Assembly (NCBI GenBank): GCA_965116875.1 | Contig: OZ220733.1 | Span: 1,696,001-1,760,000, forward strand | Direction of reading: 5' to 3' | DNA: 64,000 nt | Source: Candidatus Latescibacterota bacterium | GTDB taxonomy: Bacteria; Latescibacterota; UBA2968; GCA-2709665 | In this document: positions 45,195-55,977 of the stretch, in pieces | Position numbering within the stretch: the first letter of the stretch is position 1 | Layout: each line of letters starts with the position of its first letter | The notes under the pieces: model-generated | The model's input: only the letters and a program-made list of their open reading frames with translations | What the model was told of the DNA's origin: nothing | The model's database searches: none | Position numbers and translations under genes: made by a program

Positions 45195-47912
45195 TCAAAA
45201 CCCCGAAAACTTCGCTTCGCCGATCGACGTGAGCGAGCGGTCGGCGGTGTGAGCGAAGGCCGAGGTCCGGATGCGGTAACGCACCGTTCCCGGGATCTCC
45301 CGATGCGGGAAGAACAGATGGCGCATGCCATCGCTGTTGACGTCGAATCCGGGGTCGGCGTCCAGCAACACGTGGGTCTCCCCACCTTCGAGCGACACTG
45401 CCCGCACCCGGCACCCCCGGGTCGATCCATCGCCGAACGTCACGATCGCGGTTGCCCCTTTCAATGCTTCACTTTCCGGCAATTCGCCGGCAACGACCAG
45501 ACCGTCATACTCCGCGCCGGATTCCTTCCTCAATGTACCCGTCACCTCGCCCACATAGGCGCCGGCGGCTTCCAGGGATGCCTGTTTCCACTTCAGGCGG
45601 GTCCCGCCCCAGAGGCCCATCATTTCCGGCAGGCCGTTCCGCACCCTCACGAACCCCACTTCGCCATCCAGCGAGAGTTCTGCCATGGATATACCGCTGT
45701 CACCCGATCCTGTCCGATACACGATATAGTCGACAACGCCGTGATGTCTCACCGTGATCCCCACCGCGTCGCCATCCATCTTCTCAAGTCGCACGTCGTC
45801 TACGAACGGTTCTCCGTCAAACGGTTCGTGTACCGCGGCGAACAGACTCGACAGCGGCGCGGGACCCTTCCGGCGCAACAGGAAGATGGGCATCCGAAAC
45901 CGATCCTGGAGCGCATCGTTCTCCTCCGCCCTGCGAAACGACATGGCATCCCCCGCGAACACATCCGCGCCCGCCTGTCCGGGAATATGCGTCCGCACCG
46001 CCACGGGTGAGTCGTCAATGTTGAACGTGATCGACAAATCGTCCGAAACCGCGCCGCCCGATACATTCTGAAAATACGCATAGGCGACATTCCGGCCTTC
46101 GGCGTCGCCCCGGTCCGACTCGCCGGTGGGAAGCCGGACGTCCACGCCCGGAAGCATGTTTTCACCGTAGGACGCAAGTGGAACGCTGACCGTCGCGTCC
46201 CCGTCCGCATCCGCGTCCCCGTGCAACGCCCAGTCGTGCTGCGAGCCACCGGTCACGTGAAACAGGTCCACCGCGTACACATCCGATTCTCCGGCGTTCA
46301 CCAGAAGCAGCGCGCGCCGGTAGACCTGCGCCAGCCCGGGGTACGCCGCCTCCCCGCTCGCTTCCACCCACTTCACCACATCGAAATCCGGTTCGAAGGC
46401 CAGCAGCCGCCCGTCCGAAGGTCCCTGTCTGCCGCCTGAATACTGCCGCTGCTCATCGATAACCACCGTATTGTGACACAGCGTGCTCGTACTCCACACC
46501 CGGTGCCGCGTGTGGGTGTACCCGACGTCCGGCAACAGTTCGCGCCCCTTGGCGAACAGAACCATGTTCAGATTGTCCGCGTGCTGGTGCCCGTATCCGC
46601 CCGAAAAGTGAAGATGAAGCTGCACCTGTTCGTCGGCCATGCCACGCCCCAGCCACGCGTGTCCGACTCCCGCCAGTAATGTGGAAGCCGAGCGTTCAGG
46701 TACCTTCAGGTTTCTGAAGTGCGCCCAGTTGTCGTGCATGGTCATCTGCCGCCCGTCGGGATACCGGCAGATTTCCAGGATTCGCTCTGCACTGGCGATC
46801 ACAGGGATGTCCCGTGAAAGGTCCAGGTTGTCCAAACGGGTCCCGCTCTCCGGATGGACATAGCCCGGCGGGTCGCTATAGCCCCGTACTGCACGGAATA
46901 CCCTGTTCATGCCGCCCATCGTCATCTGATGATACCCTACGCTGCCCTCCATCCAGAACCCGTCTTCATAGAACATCCGCCTGAACAGTTCCCGGCCTCG
47001 CCTTACGCCCTCGTGCACCAGCCCGGGATCTGACAGGACTCGTCCGATCGCAATGTACCCTTCGTATATACGGGGACCCGCATTGCCGTAAACGATCCCG
47101 TGAAACTGGTCCTGTCGAATGGCGCCGCGGAAGAAGTCGTTCTCGATGCGCGCCTTTACGTCCGCCCCCACCTCGTCCGAGAGTCGCTCCAGTTCGCCGC
47201 TGTCGTAGATCGAATCGTACGCGAACACCAGGTTCGTGGGCATCTCGTCGTGGCGCCACCGCCCCCATTTTCCGCCGCCATTGGGATACGGCGGCTCGGT
47301 TGCGAAACCCTTCGGCCTGTGCGGCCAGTCGCGGCTCACGAGGAATCCCGGATAGTACCGTGCGAACGCATCCAGAATCAACACGGCGCGGCGTGCGTAG
47401 GCCGGATCGCCCGTCACCTGGTAGAGTTCCCCAAGAATCTGCGCGATCCGCGAAAAATACGATCGCGCTTCACGCCATCCCCGGGCCGAAAACAGGTACC
47501 TGTACCCGGTCGCGTCCTCCCAGTAGGGATACGCCACCTCCACGCCCACCGGATTCACCACCTTCATCACCCGATCTTCGGGAAACTGATCGTTCGGAAA
47601 AACCATGTCGCAGAATCGGCATTTCACCCGGTGCGGATCGGATATCGACCATCGCAACTGCCCCTCCTGCGTCCCCTCGTCGCAGTTCGGGCAGCCCATG
47701 AAACGAAAGCCGGTTTTGTCAGGAACCAGGGCCACCATGTCGGCTTCGGGCATCGCCATCACCCTCGAAACCACGCGCTTCAACACGGCGACGCGTTTCG
47801 CCGACACCTCAACCGGATAGACCGGGCGGGTTGGCTCAGCCAGCGCCGACCGCGCCCAGCCCAGGGCAATCAAGCAGCACAACGTCAGCGTCAACACGTC
47901 AATAACGTCCAT
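45195..47912 (-). CDS. Secreted heparinase II/III-like protein with N-terminal CxxC pair
   Basis: Signal peptide; GCPNC...CRFC; DGFWMEGSVGYH; GHQHADNL..DVGY..STLCHNTVVIDE. Confidence 0.78.
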   Translation of the reverse strand: MDVIDVLTLTLCCLIALGWARSALAEPTRPVYPVEVSAKRVAVLKRVVSRVMAMPEADMVALVPDKTGFRFMGCPNCDEGTQEGQLRWSISDPHRVKCRFCDMVFPNDQFPEDRVMKVVNPVGVEVAYPYWEDATGYRYLFSARGWREARSYFSRIAQILGELYQVTGDPAYARRAVLILDAFARYYPGFLVSRDWPHRPKGFATEPPYPNGGGKWGRWRHDEMPTNLVFAYDSIYDSGELERLSDEVGADVKARIENDFFRGAIRQDQFHGIVYGNAGPRIYEGYIAIGRVLSDPGLVHEGVRRGRELFRRMFYEDGFWMEGSVGYHQMTMGGMNRVFRAVRGYSDPPGYVHPESGTRLDNLDLSRDIPVIASAERILEICRYPDGRQMTMHDNWAHFRNLKVPERSASTLLAGVGHAWLGRGMADEQVQLHLHFSGGYGHQHADNLNMVLFAKGRELLPDVGYTHTRHRVWSTSTLCHNTVVIDEQRQYSGGRQGPSDGRLLAFEPDFDVVKWVEASGEAAYPGLAQVYRRALLLVNAGESDVYAVDLFHVTGGSQHDWALHGDADADGDATVSVPLASYGENMLPGVDVRLPTGESDRGDAEGRNVAYAYFQNVSGGAVSDDLSITFNIDDSPVAVRTHIPGQAGADVFAGDAMSFRRAEENDALQDRFRMPIFLLRRKGPAPLSSLFAAVHEPFDGEPFVDDVRLEKMDGDAVGITVRHHGVVDYIVYRTGSGDSGISMAELSLDGEVGFVRVRNGLPEMMGLWGGTRLKWKQASLEAAGAYVGEVTGTLRKESGAEYDGLVVAGELPESEALKGATAIVTFGDGSTRGCRVRAVSLEGGETHVLLDADPGFDVNSDGMRHLFFPHREIPGTVRYRIRTSAFAHTADRSLTSIGEAKFSGF

Positions 47913-48009
47913 GAGACCACTTCCTTTCAATGACGCATTCGAAGGCCACTTTCGAATCCTGCGAAACACCGTCCACGGCACTTCGCGGTCCGGCTGAATG
48001 TCTCTGTCG

Positions 48010-48990
48010 TTATCTGGCAGCATTCGTTCGGACCAGCTTCCAGACGTCCGGAAACATGTTGTTGCCCGCCACCATCCAGAGCGCATCGTCGTAGACGAAT
48101 ACACTGGCGGCGTGGCGCGGGGCCCACGGCGTATCCGGCAGTTCGGTCCAGTTCACCCCGTCCGGGCTGTACCACACGTCGTTCCGGTTCCAGCTGCCGG
48201 TCGCCTCGTCCATCGAACGATGGGCCGCCTCGTGAAAGCATCCCTCCATCACCCATAATTTGTCGTCCCACACGCCAACGTCGTGATACTGTCTGGGAGC
48301 CCAGGGCGCCGCACGGGTATGCAATTCCCAGTTGACGCCGTCGGCGGTGCTCCATACGTCGCCGAACATCTTCCGGCTGTTGATACGCGGCGTATCGTAC
48401 GTCCCTCCGCCCAGAATCCAGATCCGGTCCCGAAAAACGGCGCTGCCGCCGATCATTCCGCGTTCTTCCCACGGCGCGTTTTCAACCACCCGGTTCCAGG
48501 TCCGGCCATCCGCCGAATTCCACACGTCGTTGAAAAAGACCTCCTTCTCATCCGCGAATTGGGGGATGGTCTGCCCGCCCATTACCCAGATTCTGCCGTC
48601 GTGGACCGCTGTATAGTGCAAGACCCTCGGGCCCCAGGGCACGGGGTCGCAGATCAGTTCCCAGGCGATGCCATCCGCGCTGCGCCAGACGTCGTTCTGA
48701 TAGTGCCCCTGGTTGCAGTCCCCTCCCACGATCCACATCCGACCGTCATGAACGGCGTAACCGGCCGTGTGCCGCCCCTCCCAGGGCGCCTCCTCGTTCA
48801 CTTCGATCCAGGTTTCGCCGTCGATCGAACACCACACCTCGCTGTTGCAGATGATTGGAAAATTGACCTTGTCACCAGGATTCCACCCGCCCAGCAGCCA
48901 CATCTTGTCCTGAAACACCAGCGCGCCCGCGCCGTCCCGCCCCGCGAAGGCGGCATTTTCCGTTACGCAAATCCATTCGTAATCGGGCAT
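48010..48990 (-). CDS. Kelch-repeat beta-propeller protein
   Basis: Repeated R....V...MW..GG...NDVW.S.DG..W blades. Confidence 0.85.
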   Translation of the reverse strand: MPDYEWICVTENAAFAGRDGAGALVFQDKMWLLGGWNPGDKVNFPIICNSEVWCSIDGETWIEVNEEAPWEGRHTAGYAVHDGRMWIVGGDCNQGHYQNDVWRSADGIAWELICDPVPWGPRVLHYTAVHDGRIWVMGGQTIPQFADEKEVFFNDVWNSADGRTWNRVVENAPWEERGMIGGSAVFRDRIWILGGGTYDTPRINSRKMFGDVWSTADGVNWELHTRAAPWAPRQYHDVGVWDDKLWVMEGCFHEAAHRSMDEATGSWNRNDVWYSPDGVNWTELPDTPWAPRHAASVFVYDDALWMVAGNNMFPDVWKLVRTNAAR

Positions 48991-49007
48991 GAAAACCTCC
49001 TGAATAA

Positions 49008-49135
49008 GGGGAGACGGAAGACGGGAGAGGGTAGAGATTACCTGCCTTGTCAGGTTTCTTCTCGTGCCGCAGGCAAAGAGGAATGAAATATCGGGCGAGG
49101 ATTTCCTCTACCGTCTACCCTCTACCGTCTCCCCG
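49008..49135 (+). repeat. ~120-bp hairpin element, copy 2
   Basis: Same arms and core as 44063-44186. Confidence 0.8.
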
Positions 49136-49143
49136 CCTTTCTC

Positions 49144-50199
49144 CTACCACCCCTGCCGCCCCACGTAAAGTCCCCGGTTCTTCATCGGCAGTCGGACCCG
49201 CACGCCGCCCAGACGGTGGGACTCGATGAATCCCATCACCATCTCCTGGCTTCGCCGCGCCAACTGGACGGGACCCGATGTTTCCCGTCCCGTGTCCAGC
49301 GCTTCGGCAATATCCCGGAGACCGTTCACCGTGCCACTCTCGATCGACACCTCGGGAAACGGCTGTTCCTCCAGCATATGCCTCACGCCGCAGGCCTTCC
49401 GGTATTGGCAGTTCATCCCGTTGTCGTACGTCCTCAGCTTACCCTCGGAGCCGCACAGCTCGAATTCAGTTCCGCTCCCGCCCACTGTATAACCAAGGAC
49501 GCCGTTGTGAAACCGGACGAATCCGGCTGCCACTCCCGGGTCCACGTTCAACCGGTTGTCCTCCCAATCCGCGTCCTCACAGACGATGGTTCCCTGGACG
49601 AAATCAATCTCCGGATCGCCCGCCAGATACAACATCATATCCGACCCGTGGGTAAGTCCCCACAGCGCGGAGGTCACACCCTGCTGTACGATCACGGCCT
49701 GAACCGTTCCCAGGTCTCCGGCGTCGGCCAGTTCCCGCATCTTCTGATAAACCGGAATATATCGACGTTGGGTGCCATAGTTGAACTTCGTCCCGTTTTT
49801 CTCCACTGCCGCCACCATCGCGTCCGCCTCCTCCATCGAACAGCAGAGCGGCTTCTCGCAATAGATCCCCCTGACCCCGTTTTCGGCCGCGAAGACGGCC
49901 ATCTCCGAGTGGGTCGCCGGGCGCGTGGCGATACACGCGATATCCGGCTTCTCCTTGTGGATCATCTCCCGGTAGTCGGTGTAGCAGACCGGCACGCCGT
50001 ACCGGTCGCGAATCGACTCCGCCTTTTCGGCCACCACGTCCGAGACTGCCACCAGGTCCGTCCGCTCGCAGGCCACGGCGGCCGCCGCGTGCGAGTACGG
50101 GATCCAGAGGTGGCTGTTGGGATGGTCGCGCACCTCGTCATCGATCGTCGCCCCCATCCGCCCGCATCCGATCAACACTGTCCGATATCGATCCGCCAT
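49144..50199 (-). CDS. Gfo/Idh/MocA-family oxidoreductase
   Basis: IGCGRMG, YTDYREM, IYCEKP, THGSD. Confidence 0.9.
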   Translation of the reverse strand: MADRYRTVLIGCGRMGATIDDEVRDHPNSHLWIPYSHAAAAVACERTDLVAVSDVVAEKAESIRDRYGVPVCYTDYREMIHKEKPDIACIATRPATHSEMAVFAAENGVRGIYCEKPLCCSMEEADAMVAAVEKNGTKFNYGTQRRYIPVYQKMRELADAGDLGTVQAVIVQQGVTSALWGLTHGSDMMLYLAGDPEIDFVQGTIVCEDADWEDNRLNVDPGVAAGFVRFHNGVLGYTVGGSGTEFELCGSEGKLRTYDNGMNCQYRKACGVRHMLEEQPFPEVSIESGTVNGLRDIAEALDTGRETSGPVQLARRSQEMVMGFIESHRLGGVRVRLPMKNRGLYVGRQGW

Positions 50200-50224
50200 T
50201 TTCCTATCCTCGTGATCGTGAACG

Positions 50225-51841
50225 TTACTCCACCGCGTTGGACTGCATCTCCGCCCTCAGGGGCCCGAACATGCCATGCCCCCATTTGAGATCCGCGTCC
50301 TGCACCATCTTCTCCGCTTGCCCGGGTCGGAGCGGCGCCGTACCCAGAATCCGGCCGTCCTGCGCGATGCTTATCTGATCGGATCCAATGGCAAACTCCA
50401 GCTTCGTCGGCTTTCCCGTCCAGGCAACGGGCACGGAAACGCTGCCGGGTTTTCTCACCCGGTAGACCTTCCGGTACTGGTCCCACACCTCGTCGTCGTG
50501 CAGGAACGAATGCCGCATGTCTCGAACGGGACAACCCTTTGCGCTCACCGAGAGGTAGAGCGCGTCGCCCATGGGCGCCAGACCGGTCACGCGCTGCCCC
50601 CAATCGTTGATCACCAGGTCGGTACCGTTTTCCTCGTTATAGGCGACCACCCGGTCTTCGTAGGGATGGTTCATGTTGTTCGTAATCTGCGGTTCGCGGA
50701 ACATCCGTTTCACAAAATGCCACGCGTCCGCGTGCGCGTCGTACCGCCACAGTTCCGACCAGGGCCATACCCCCACGTAGAGGTCCCCCCCGTAAATCGT
50801 CGTAGTCTGCGCCTCGCGCACGCTGCCGGACACGCCCGGCATCACGGGAGGATCGCCTTCCAGATGGCGCAACTCCCTGCCGTCGTACCGGAACAGGTTT
50901 CCGGTCGGGTACTGCGCGATCAGCAACTCGTCGTACCAATTCAACATTGAATAGAGCTGAAAACTCACGCCAGCCAAGGAAGCCCGTACGATCTTCCATT
51001 CGGACCCGTCGAATACGTACACGCCCCCCATGTTGGAGGAATTCACGATCTCGTCTCCTAGTTGTCCGATGGAGAACGGCGTTTCCTGTGGATACTTGAG
51101 ATCCAGGGTCACTGCTTTGTCCAGGTCCACCGGTCCGCTTCCCGGCGTCCACGGCACCGCATAGAGGGTGGTATAGGGTGGGTCCGAATCCTGGTCTTTG
51201 TGGAAAAACGTAAGGGCGCCAAGCGCGTAATAGAAATGGTGATAGCGTCCTCTCGCGGGTTTATCCAGGACCCTCTCGCCGTCGTACGTGGCCACGCTCT
51301 CCTTGAACTGGAACACCTTCCCTGCAATCCGCATCTTTCCGTCGCCGCTTACGGTTTCGCCCACGCCGAAACTCTCGTCCGCCTGCCAGGAGCCCGACTC
51401 GTCGTCCCACCACCGCGCGGTCCTGTCCTGGTGATAGCTGCACGAGTACACCCTGCCGTCCAGATCGAACAGATAGCTCCCCCCGTCCTCCGTGGATGGC
51501 GGCAGGGTCTCGAATTGCGGCTCCGCCACGTCGTCGCGCACGAAGAACTGCAGCGTGAACCGGTCCATTCTGAACGCGGTGTTGTAGACGCCCACAAATC
51601 CCGCCCCCAGAACCGCGCGACCATCCCCGTCCCGGGCTTCGAACAACGAACCCCAGTTCTGTCCCAAGTCCCGGCCGAAATCGATCGTTGTTTCAATTCG
51701 CATGATATGTGTCTCCCCGGCATGCCCCGGCAGCGGCCAGAGCAGCAATGTCGCAAGCATCCAGTGCATTGCAAACGAATTCTCCGCGGTTAGATATCTC
51801 GTCGCCCGATCCCATTCTGCGACACTGCCGTCTGACGCCAT
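50225..51841 (-). CDS. Hypothetical, probably secreted beta-propeller protein
   Basis: 538-aa ORF, 1-bp overlap with the upstream stop; YVFDG/FRYDG/LWRYD blade-like repeats; true start may be ~51769. Confidence 0.65.
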   Translation of the reverse strand: MASDGSVAEWDRATRYLTAENSFAMHWMLATLLLWPLPGHAGETHIMRIETTIDFGRDLGQNWGSLFEARDGDGRAVLGAGFVGVYNTAFRMDRFTLQFFVRDDVAEPQFETLPPSTEDGGSYLFDLDGRVYSCSYHQDRTARWWDDESGSWQADESFGVGETVSGDGKMRIAGKVFQFKESVATYDGERVLDKPARGRYHHFYYALGALTFFHKDQDSDPPYTTLYAVPWTPGSGPVDLDKAVTLDLKYPQETPFSIGQLGDEIVNSSNMGGVYVFDGSEWKIVRASLAGVSFQLYSMLNWYDELLIAQYPTGNLFRYDGRELRHLEGDPPVMPGVSGSVREAQTTTIYGGDLYVGVWPWSELWRYDAHADAWHFVKRMFREPQITNNMNHPYEDRVVAYNEENGTDLVINDWGQRVTGLAPMGDALYLSVSAKGCPVRDMRHSFLHDDEVWDQYRKVYRVRKPGSVSVPVAWTGKPTKLEFAIGSDQISIAQDGRILGTAPLRPGQAEKMVQDADLKWGHGMFGPLRAEMQSNAVE

Positions 51842-52803
51842 CAGAATGCCAGGACAACCTTGACCGCACCCTCCCTTTCGGGATGCTCGAACGCCAGATC
51901 GAATGCGTCCTGAATCTTTTCAAACGGTAACAGGTGCGTGAGAATCGGCCGAACGTCCAGCCGGCCCTGGGAGATCCAGTCCAACGCGGCCGTATAGTCC
52001 AGGCCCGGATTCGGTCCGACCGACGTGACGATCTGCAGTTCCTTCCGGAACATCTCCATGAACGCCAGGGTCATCCGTCCCTCGGCGTTCTCCTTGTTCG
52101 GCACGCCGAAATACACCAGCGTGCCGTCCTGGCGCAGCAGATCGCCGCACAGGTTGAACGTCGACTCCCTGCCCACGGCCTCCACGGCCAGGTCCACCAT
52201 TTCCCCGCCGGTGATCTCCGAAACCGCCTCCGGGAGATCGCACGTCTGCGGATTGACGGTATGGGTCGCGCCCATCTCCGGCGACACGGCCAGCCGGTGG
52301 GGCAGCGGGTCCACGCCGATGATGTATCTTGCGCCCAGGTTGCGCAACGTTGCGTTGAACAGTTGACCCACCGGTCCCTGCCCCATGACCAGCGCCTTCC
52401 GGTTGATCACGTTTCCCAGCTTGTAGAAACAGTGGATCACCGTGCCCAGCAACTGGCTCATCAGAGCGACCTCCGGTTCGAGGTCCATCGGCAGTTTGAC
52501 GCACCCCGCGGGGTCGGCCAGCACGTATTCCTGGAACAGGCCCCGGTCGAAGCCCCACAGAAGCACCCTGTCGCCGGCGTCAAATGCGCCCGACGGGCAG
52601 GCCTCTACGATACCCAGTCCTTCGTGTCCGGTCTGTCCCAATCCCATCGGATAGGACGCGCCAATGCCGTGGAACGCCGGTTTGTCCGTGCCGCAGATCC
52701 CCGCCCGCTCCAGACGCACCAGCATCATTTCCTTCGTTGCCGAGGGTGTCTCCACGTCGGCGATTTCCCACCGCTTCGGCGCGACCAGCCTAGCCGCTTT
52801 CAT
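51841..52803 (-). CDS. Zinc-dependent medium-chain alcohol dehydrogenase
   Basis: GICGTD, GHEGLG, GQGPVG, EAVG. Confidence 0.9.
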   Translation of the reverse strand: MKAARLVAPKRWEIADVETPSATKEMMLVRLERAGICGTDKPAFHGIGASYPMGLGQTGHEGLGIVEACPSGAFDAGDRVLLWGFDRGLFQEYVLADPAGCVKLPMDLEPEVALMSQLLGTVIHCFYKLGNVINRKALVMGQGPVGQLFNATLRNLGARYIIGVDPLPHRLAVSPEMGATHTVNPQTCDLPEAVSEITGGEMVDLAVEAVGRESTFNLCGDLLRQDGTLVYFGVPNKENAEGRMTLAFMEMFRKELQIVTSVGPNPGLDYTAALDWISQGRLDVRPILTHLLPFEKIQDAFDLAFEHPEREGAVKVVLAF

Positions 52804-52841
52804 CTATCCTGACCCTTCTTTCATTTATTGTGATTCAACGT

Positions 52842-52978
52842 CTAACAGTCCGTTGTTAAAGTCGCTCTGCAGGCGAGGCTTGGTGTCCCGTCCTGTGATT
52901 CGGCGAGGGAGCGCAACGCAGGTTTTCGACCGCAAGGGCCGGCCGTAGCCCGGATGGGCTTTAACGACGGGCCGCTAG
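52842..52978. mobile_element. MITE-like element (~135 bp) with terminal inverted repeats
   Basis: CTAACAGTCCGTTGTTAAAG ... CTTTAACGACGGGCCGCTAG; shares both ends with 6271-6332; overlaps the stop codon of the enolase-family gene. Confidence 0.65.
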
Positions 52979-54231
52979 TCCCAAACCGGCCAATCCTGAC
53001 TCTGCAGCCGCTTCCACAACCCGTCGAACCGCTCGCTGCCGTCGTCCTCCCACTCCTCCAGCCGGACGCCGGGCGCAAAGGACTCATCCACACCCTGCTT
53101 CATCAATCGCTCGGCCTGCTGCAGATTCCGATAATAGTGCCTGACGCCGCCCGGAAACGTCACCACCGAAAGATGCCGGGACCATTCCGCCGCCGGCGTC
53201 TCCCGGTAATTCGTCACGGCATCCTCATCCAGCGACACACCCAGGCCGGGCGCTTCCGGGACCTTCATGAAGCCGCGCTGGATTGGGTGCGGGTCCACGA
53301 TCAGATCGTCCTCGTAGGAATGACTGGCGGTCACCCCCGGCAACGTCGCCGTGGGCATTACCGCACCCAGATGAAGCGCAAATGCAGTCGTAATGCCCGT
53401 TCCCACGTATTGCAGCAGGATGGGCGTATTCGCCGCGGCGAACGTCCATCCGGCCGCCAGCGCGTCGCGGACGCACTCGTGGCTGCACAGCGCGCCTTCG
53501 AAGTCGCCGGCACGAAGCCCCGTCCACGGCCCGGACGGCTGTCTCGAGGCCGCCTCGGACAGCACGCGCACGCCGTGCAGATAGAACGGGATGCGGATCT
53601 CGGCGTGCAGCCTCCGCCACCCTTCGACATCGTATGCGAAGATCGGTTCCTCGACGCCCTTCACAACCGGAATCTCCTCCAGCGCCCGCAGCACGGGCAG
53701 GGCCTTTTCCACGCAGATCAGTGCGCCATTGAAGTCGAATTCCACACGGAAATCCGGCGGCGCCACCTCCTGAATCGCCTGCGCGCATTCCACCACGTCG
53801 TAAAACGCGCGCGCCTTGCACTTCAGCCCGCGGTACCCGCGACTCGCCGCCACCCGGACTTCCGCCGCCGTATCCTCCGGGGACATGCTCGGCATCCACC
53901 ACCCCATCGCCACCCATTGACGCGCCTGCGGTCCCATCACCTTCCACGCGGGCAGGCCCAGGTGCTTCCCCATAAGATCGTAGCACGCCATATCCAGATT
54001 GAAACGCCCCTGGCCCATCACGTGGTCGAATGGATCGGCGCCTATGTAGGCATCCAGAGCTTCCCGCCCGATCGGCGGACCGGGATTCTCGCCCAGCCCC
54101 TCGAGCCCGGTATCCGTGCGAAATTTGTAAACCGTCACTTCCTCAGACATCGCGAAATGATGGTATGCCTTGCGGATTCGGGCTTCATACGGGACGCGTA
54201 GCGGAATCACTTCGATTTCCGTAATCTTCAT
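52975..54231 (-). CDS. Mandelate racemase/muconate lactonizing enzyme-family protein
   Basis: MKITEIEV, DMACYDLMGKHLGLPAW, LKCK, FDFNG, VEEP, VPEAPGLGV. Confidence 0.88.
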   Translation of the reverse strand: MKITEIEVIPLRVPYEARIRKAYHHFAMSEEVTVYKFRTDTGLEGLGENPGPPIGREALDAYIGADPFDHVMGQGRFNLDMACYDLMGKHLGLPAWKVMGPQARQWVAMGWWMPSMSPEDTAAEVRVAASRGYRGLKCKARAFYDVVECAQAIQEVAPPDFRVEFDFNGALICVEKALPVLRALEEIPVVKGVEEPIFAYDVEGWRRLHAEIRIPFYLHGVRVLSEAASRQPSGPWTGLRAGDFEGALCSHECVRDALAAGWTFAAANTPILLQYVGTGITTAFALHLGAVMPTATLPGVTASHSYEDDLIVDPHPIQRGFMKVPEAPGLGVSLDEDAVTNYRETPAAEWSRHLSVVTFPGGVRHYYRNLQQAERLMKQGVDESFAPGVRLEEWEDDGSERFDGLWKRLQSQDWPVWD

Positions 54232-54375
54232 CTCGATCTTCCTTGTCGGCAATGGCCGGCTGGACCGCCACCTGGGCCCGTAAACCTACAACGCTTGAAT
54301 TCCGCCATATCCGATGGTATATATAAAGCGGGGAGAGGGAAGACGGGAGAGGACCACACCACCTCCCACAACCTG

Positions 54376-54501
54376 GTGAGACGGGAGCCGGGAGACGGGA
54401 GAGATTACCTGCCTTGTGACGATTCTTCTCGTGCCGGAGGCAAGAAGGGATAAAATATCGGGCAAGGGCTTCTTCTCACGTCTCCCCTCTCCCGTCTCCC
54501 C
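54376..54501 (+). repeat. ~120-bp hairpin element, copy 3
   Basis: Same arms and core as 44063-44186. Confidence 0.8.
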
Positions 54502-54557
54502 GCATTTCTTCTACCTTCTTCCTTCTACCTTTTTATTGCCTCTTAAAAGGTGTTCCC

Positions 54558-54720
54558 ATGCCCCCGCGCCTCGTCTACTTCAACGGCAGCTACGTTAGCG
54601 AACGGGACACCCGCGTCTCCATTTTCGATTCGGCCCTGATGTTCGGCGACATGGTATTTGAAATGACCCGTTCATTCAAGCAAAAACCCTACCGCCCGCG
54701 CAACCACCTGGAGCGCCTCA
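54558..54720 (+). pseudogene. N-terminal fragment of a class IV (branched-chain) aminotransferase
   Basis: VYFNGSYV..TRVSIFDSALMFGDMVFEMTRSF...HLERL; homology ends after ~54 codons. Confidence 0.75.
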
Positions 54721-54751
54721 TCGTCCAAACCTATCACACGGAGCCACATCC

Positions 54752-55735
54752 ATGCCGTCATACCGAGCGGCCCTCATCGGCTGCGGCAACATCTCCGGCC
54801 GCCACGCGAGAGCCTACCAGGCACAGGGCAACGTCGAGCTTGTTGCCGCCTGCGACATCAACCCGGAAAACCTGAACAGAACCTGCGACGAACTCGAGAT
54901 TCCGGGTCGATACGCTTCTCACCAGGACCTCTTCAGTGATGAGCCCGACGTCGATCTCGTCAGCGTATGCACCTTCCCGAAAGTTCACGCGGAGCAGACC
55001 ATCGCCGCCGCCAACGCGGGTGCGAAAGGCGTATTGTGCGAAAAGCCCATGTGTCTGAGCCTGGACGAGGCCGACGCCATGATCCGGGCCTGCAGGCGGA
55101 ACGATACGCGCCTTGTCATTGCCCATCGCCACCGCCAAAGCCCCAACTTCAACAAGGCGCGGCGTCTCATCGCCGACGGCGCTATTGGTGAACCCCGCCT
55201 CATCTGGAGCTATCTGACCAGTTGCCTTGTGGACAACGGCACCCACATTGTCGATATGATGCGCTACCTTCTCGGGGATCCGGAGGCGGACTGGGTGATG
55301 GGACAGGCCTCCCGCAAGCGCGACACCCTGTATCAGGGCTCCCCCGCCGAAGAGTCCAGCGTGGGGCTGGTCGCGTTCAGGACCGGGACACGCGCGGTGG
55401 TGGAAATGGGGGAAAGGACGCCGAAAGACGGGTTCCGCTTTCGCGTTCTGGGAAGCGAAGGGACGATTGACGCCGCTCTCGACGAAGCGGTCCTCACGGA
55501 CAGGAACGGCATCACCACATTCAGGGAAGAACCCAGACCGGGATTCATCGAACAGACGCGCGAATTGATCGCCTGGGTGGAAGGGGGCCCCGAGCACCGG
55601 AGCAGCGACGGGCAGGGACGGGCAGCAACCGAACTCCTGATGGCCATGCACGAGTCCGCCCGCACACGCGAACTGATCGAACTGCCGCTTGAGATCGGAT
55701 ACGATCCCATGAAAAGACGGGTAGAGGGGCGCTGA
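54752..55735 (+). CDS. Gfo/Idh/MocA-family oxidoreductase
   Basis: IGCGNIS, VLCEKPM, DNGTHIVD. Confidence 0.9.
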   Translation: MPSYRAALIGCGNISGRHARAYQAQGNVELVAACDINPENLNRTCDELEIPGRYASHQDLFSDEPDVDLVSVCTFPKVHAEQTIAAANAGAKGVLCEKPMCLSLDEADAMIRACRRNDTRLVIAHRHRQSPNFNKARRLIADGAIGEPRLIWSYLTSCLVDNGTHIVDMMRYLLGDPEADWVMGQASRKRDTLYQGSPAEESSVGLVAFRTGTRAVVEMGERTPKDGFRFRVLGSEGTIDAALDEAVLTDRNGITTFREEPRPGFIEQTRELIAWVEGGPEHRSSDGQGRAATELLMAMHESARTRELIELPLEIGYDPMKRRVEGR

Positions 55736-55855
55736 CCTCTCCCCCCGGCCCCCTCAGACAAAGCTGTCAGCTATCAGCCAAAAGCAATAGGCCAAAACCA
55801 AAACCAACATCCACATCTCCCCGAATTCCCTGCCTACGGCGTGTTCCTTAAAAGC

Positions 55856-55968
55856 GGGGAGACGTGAGACGGAAGAGGGGAGAGATCGCCTGCCTTGTGA
55901 GTTTTCTTCTCGTGCCGGAGGCAAATCGGCAATGGCTTCTTCTCCCGTCTACCGTCTACCCTCTCACC
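55856..55968 (+). repeat. ~120-bp hairpin element, copy 4
   Basis: Same arms and core as 44063-44186. Confidence 0.78.
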
Positions 55969-55977
55969 GCATTTCTT

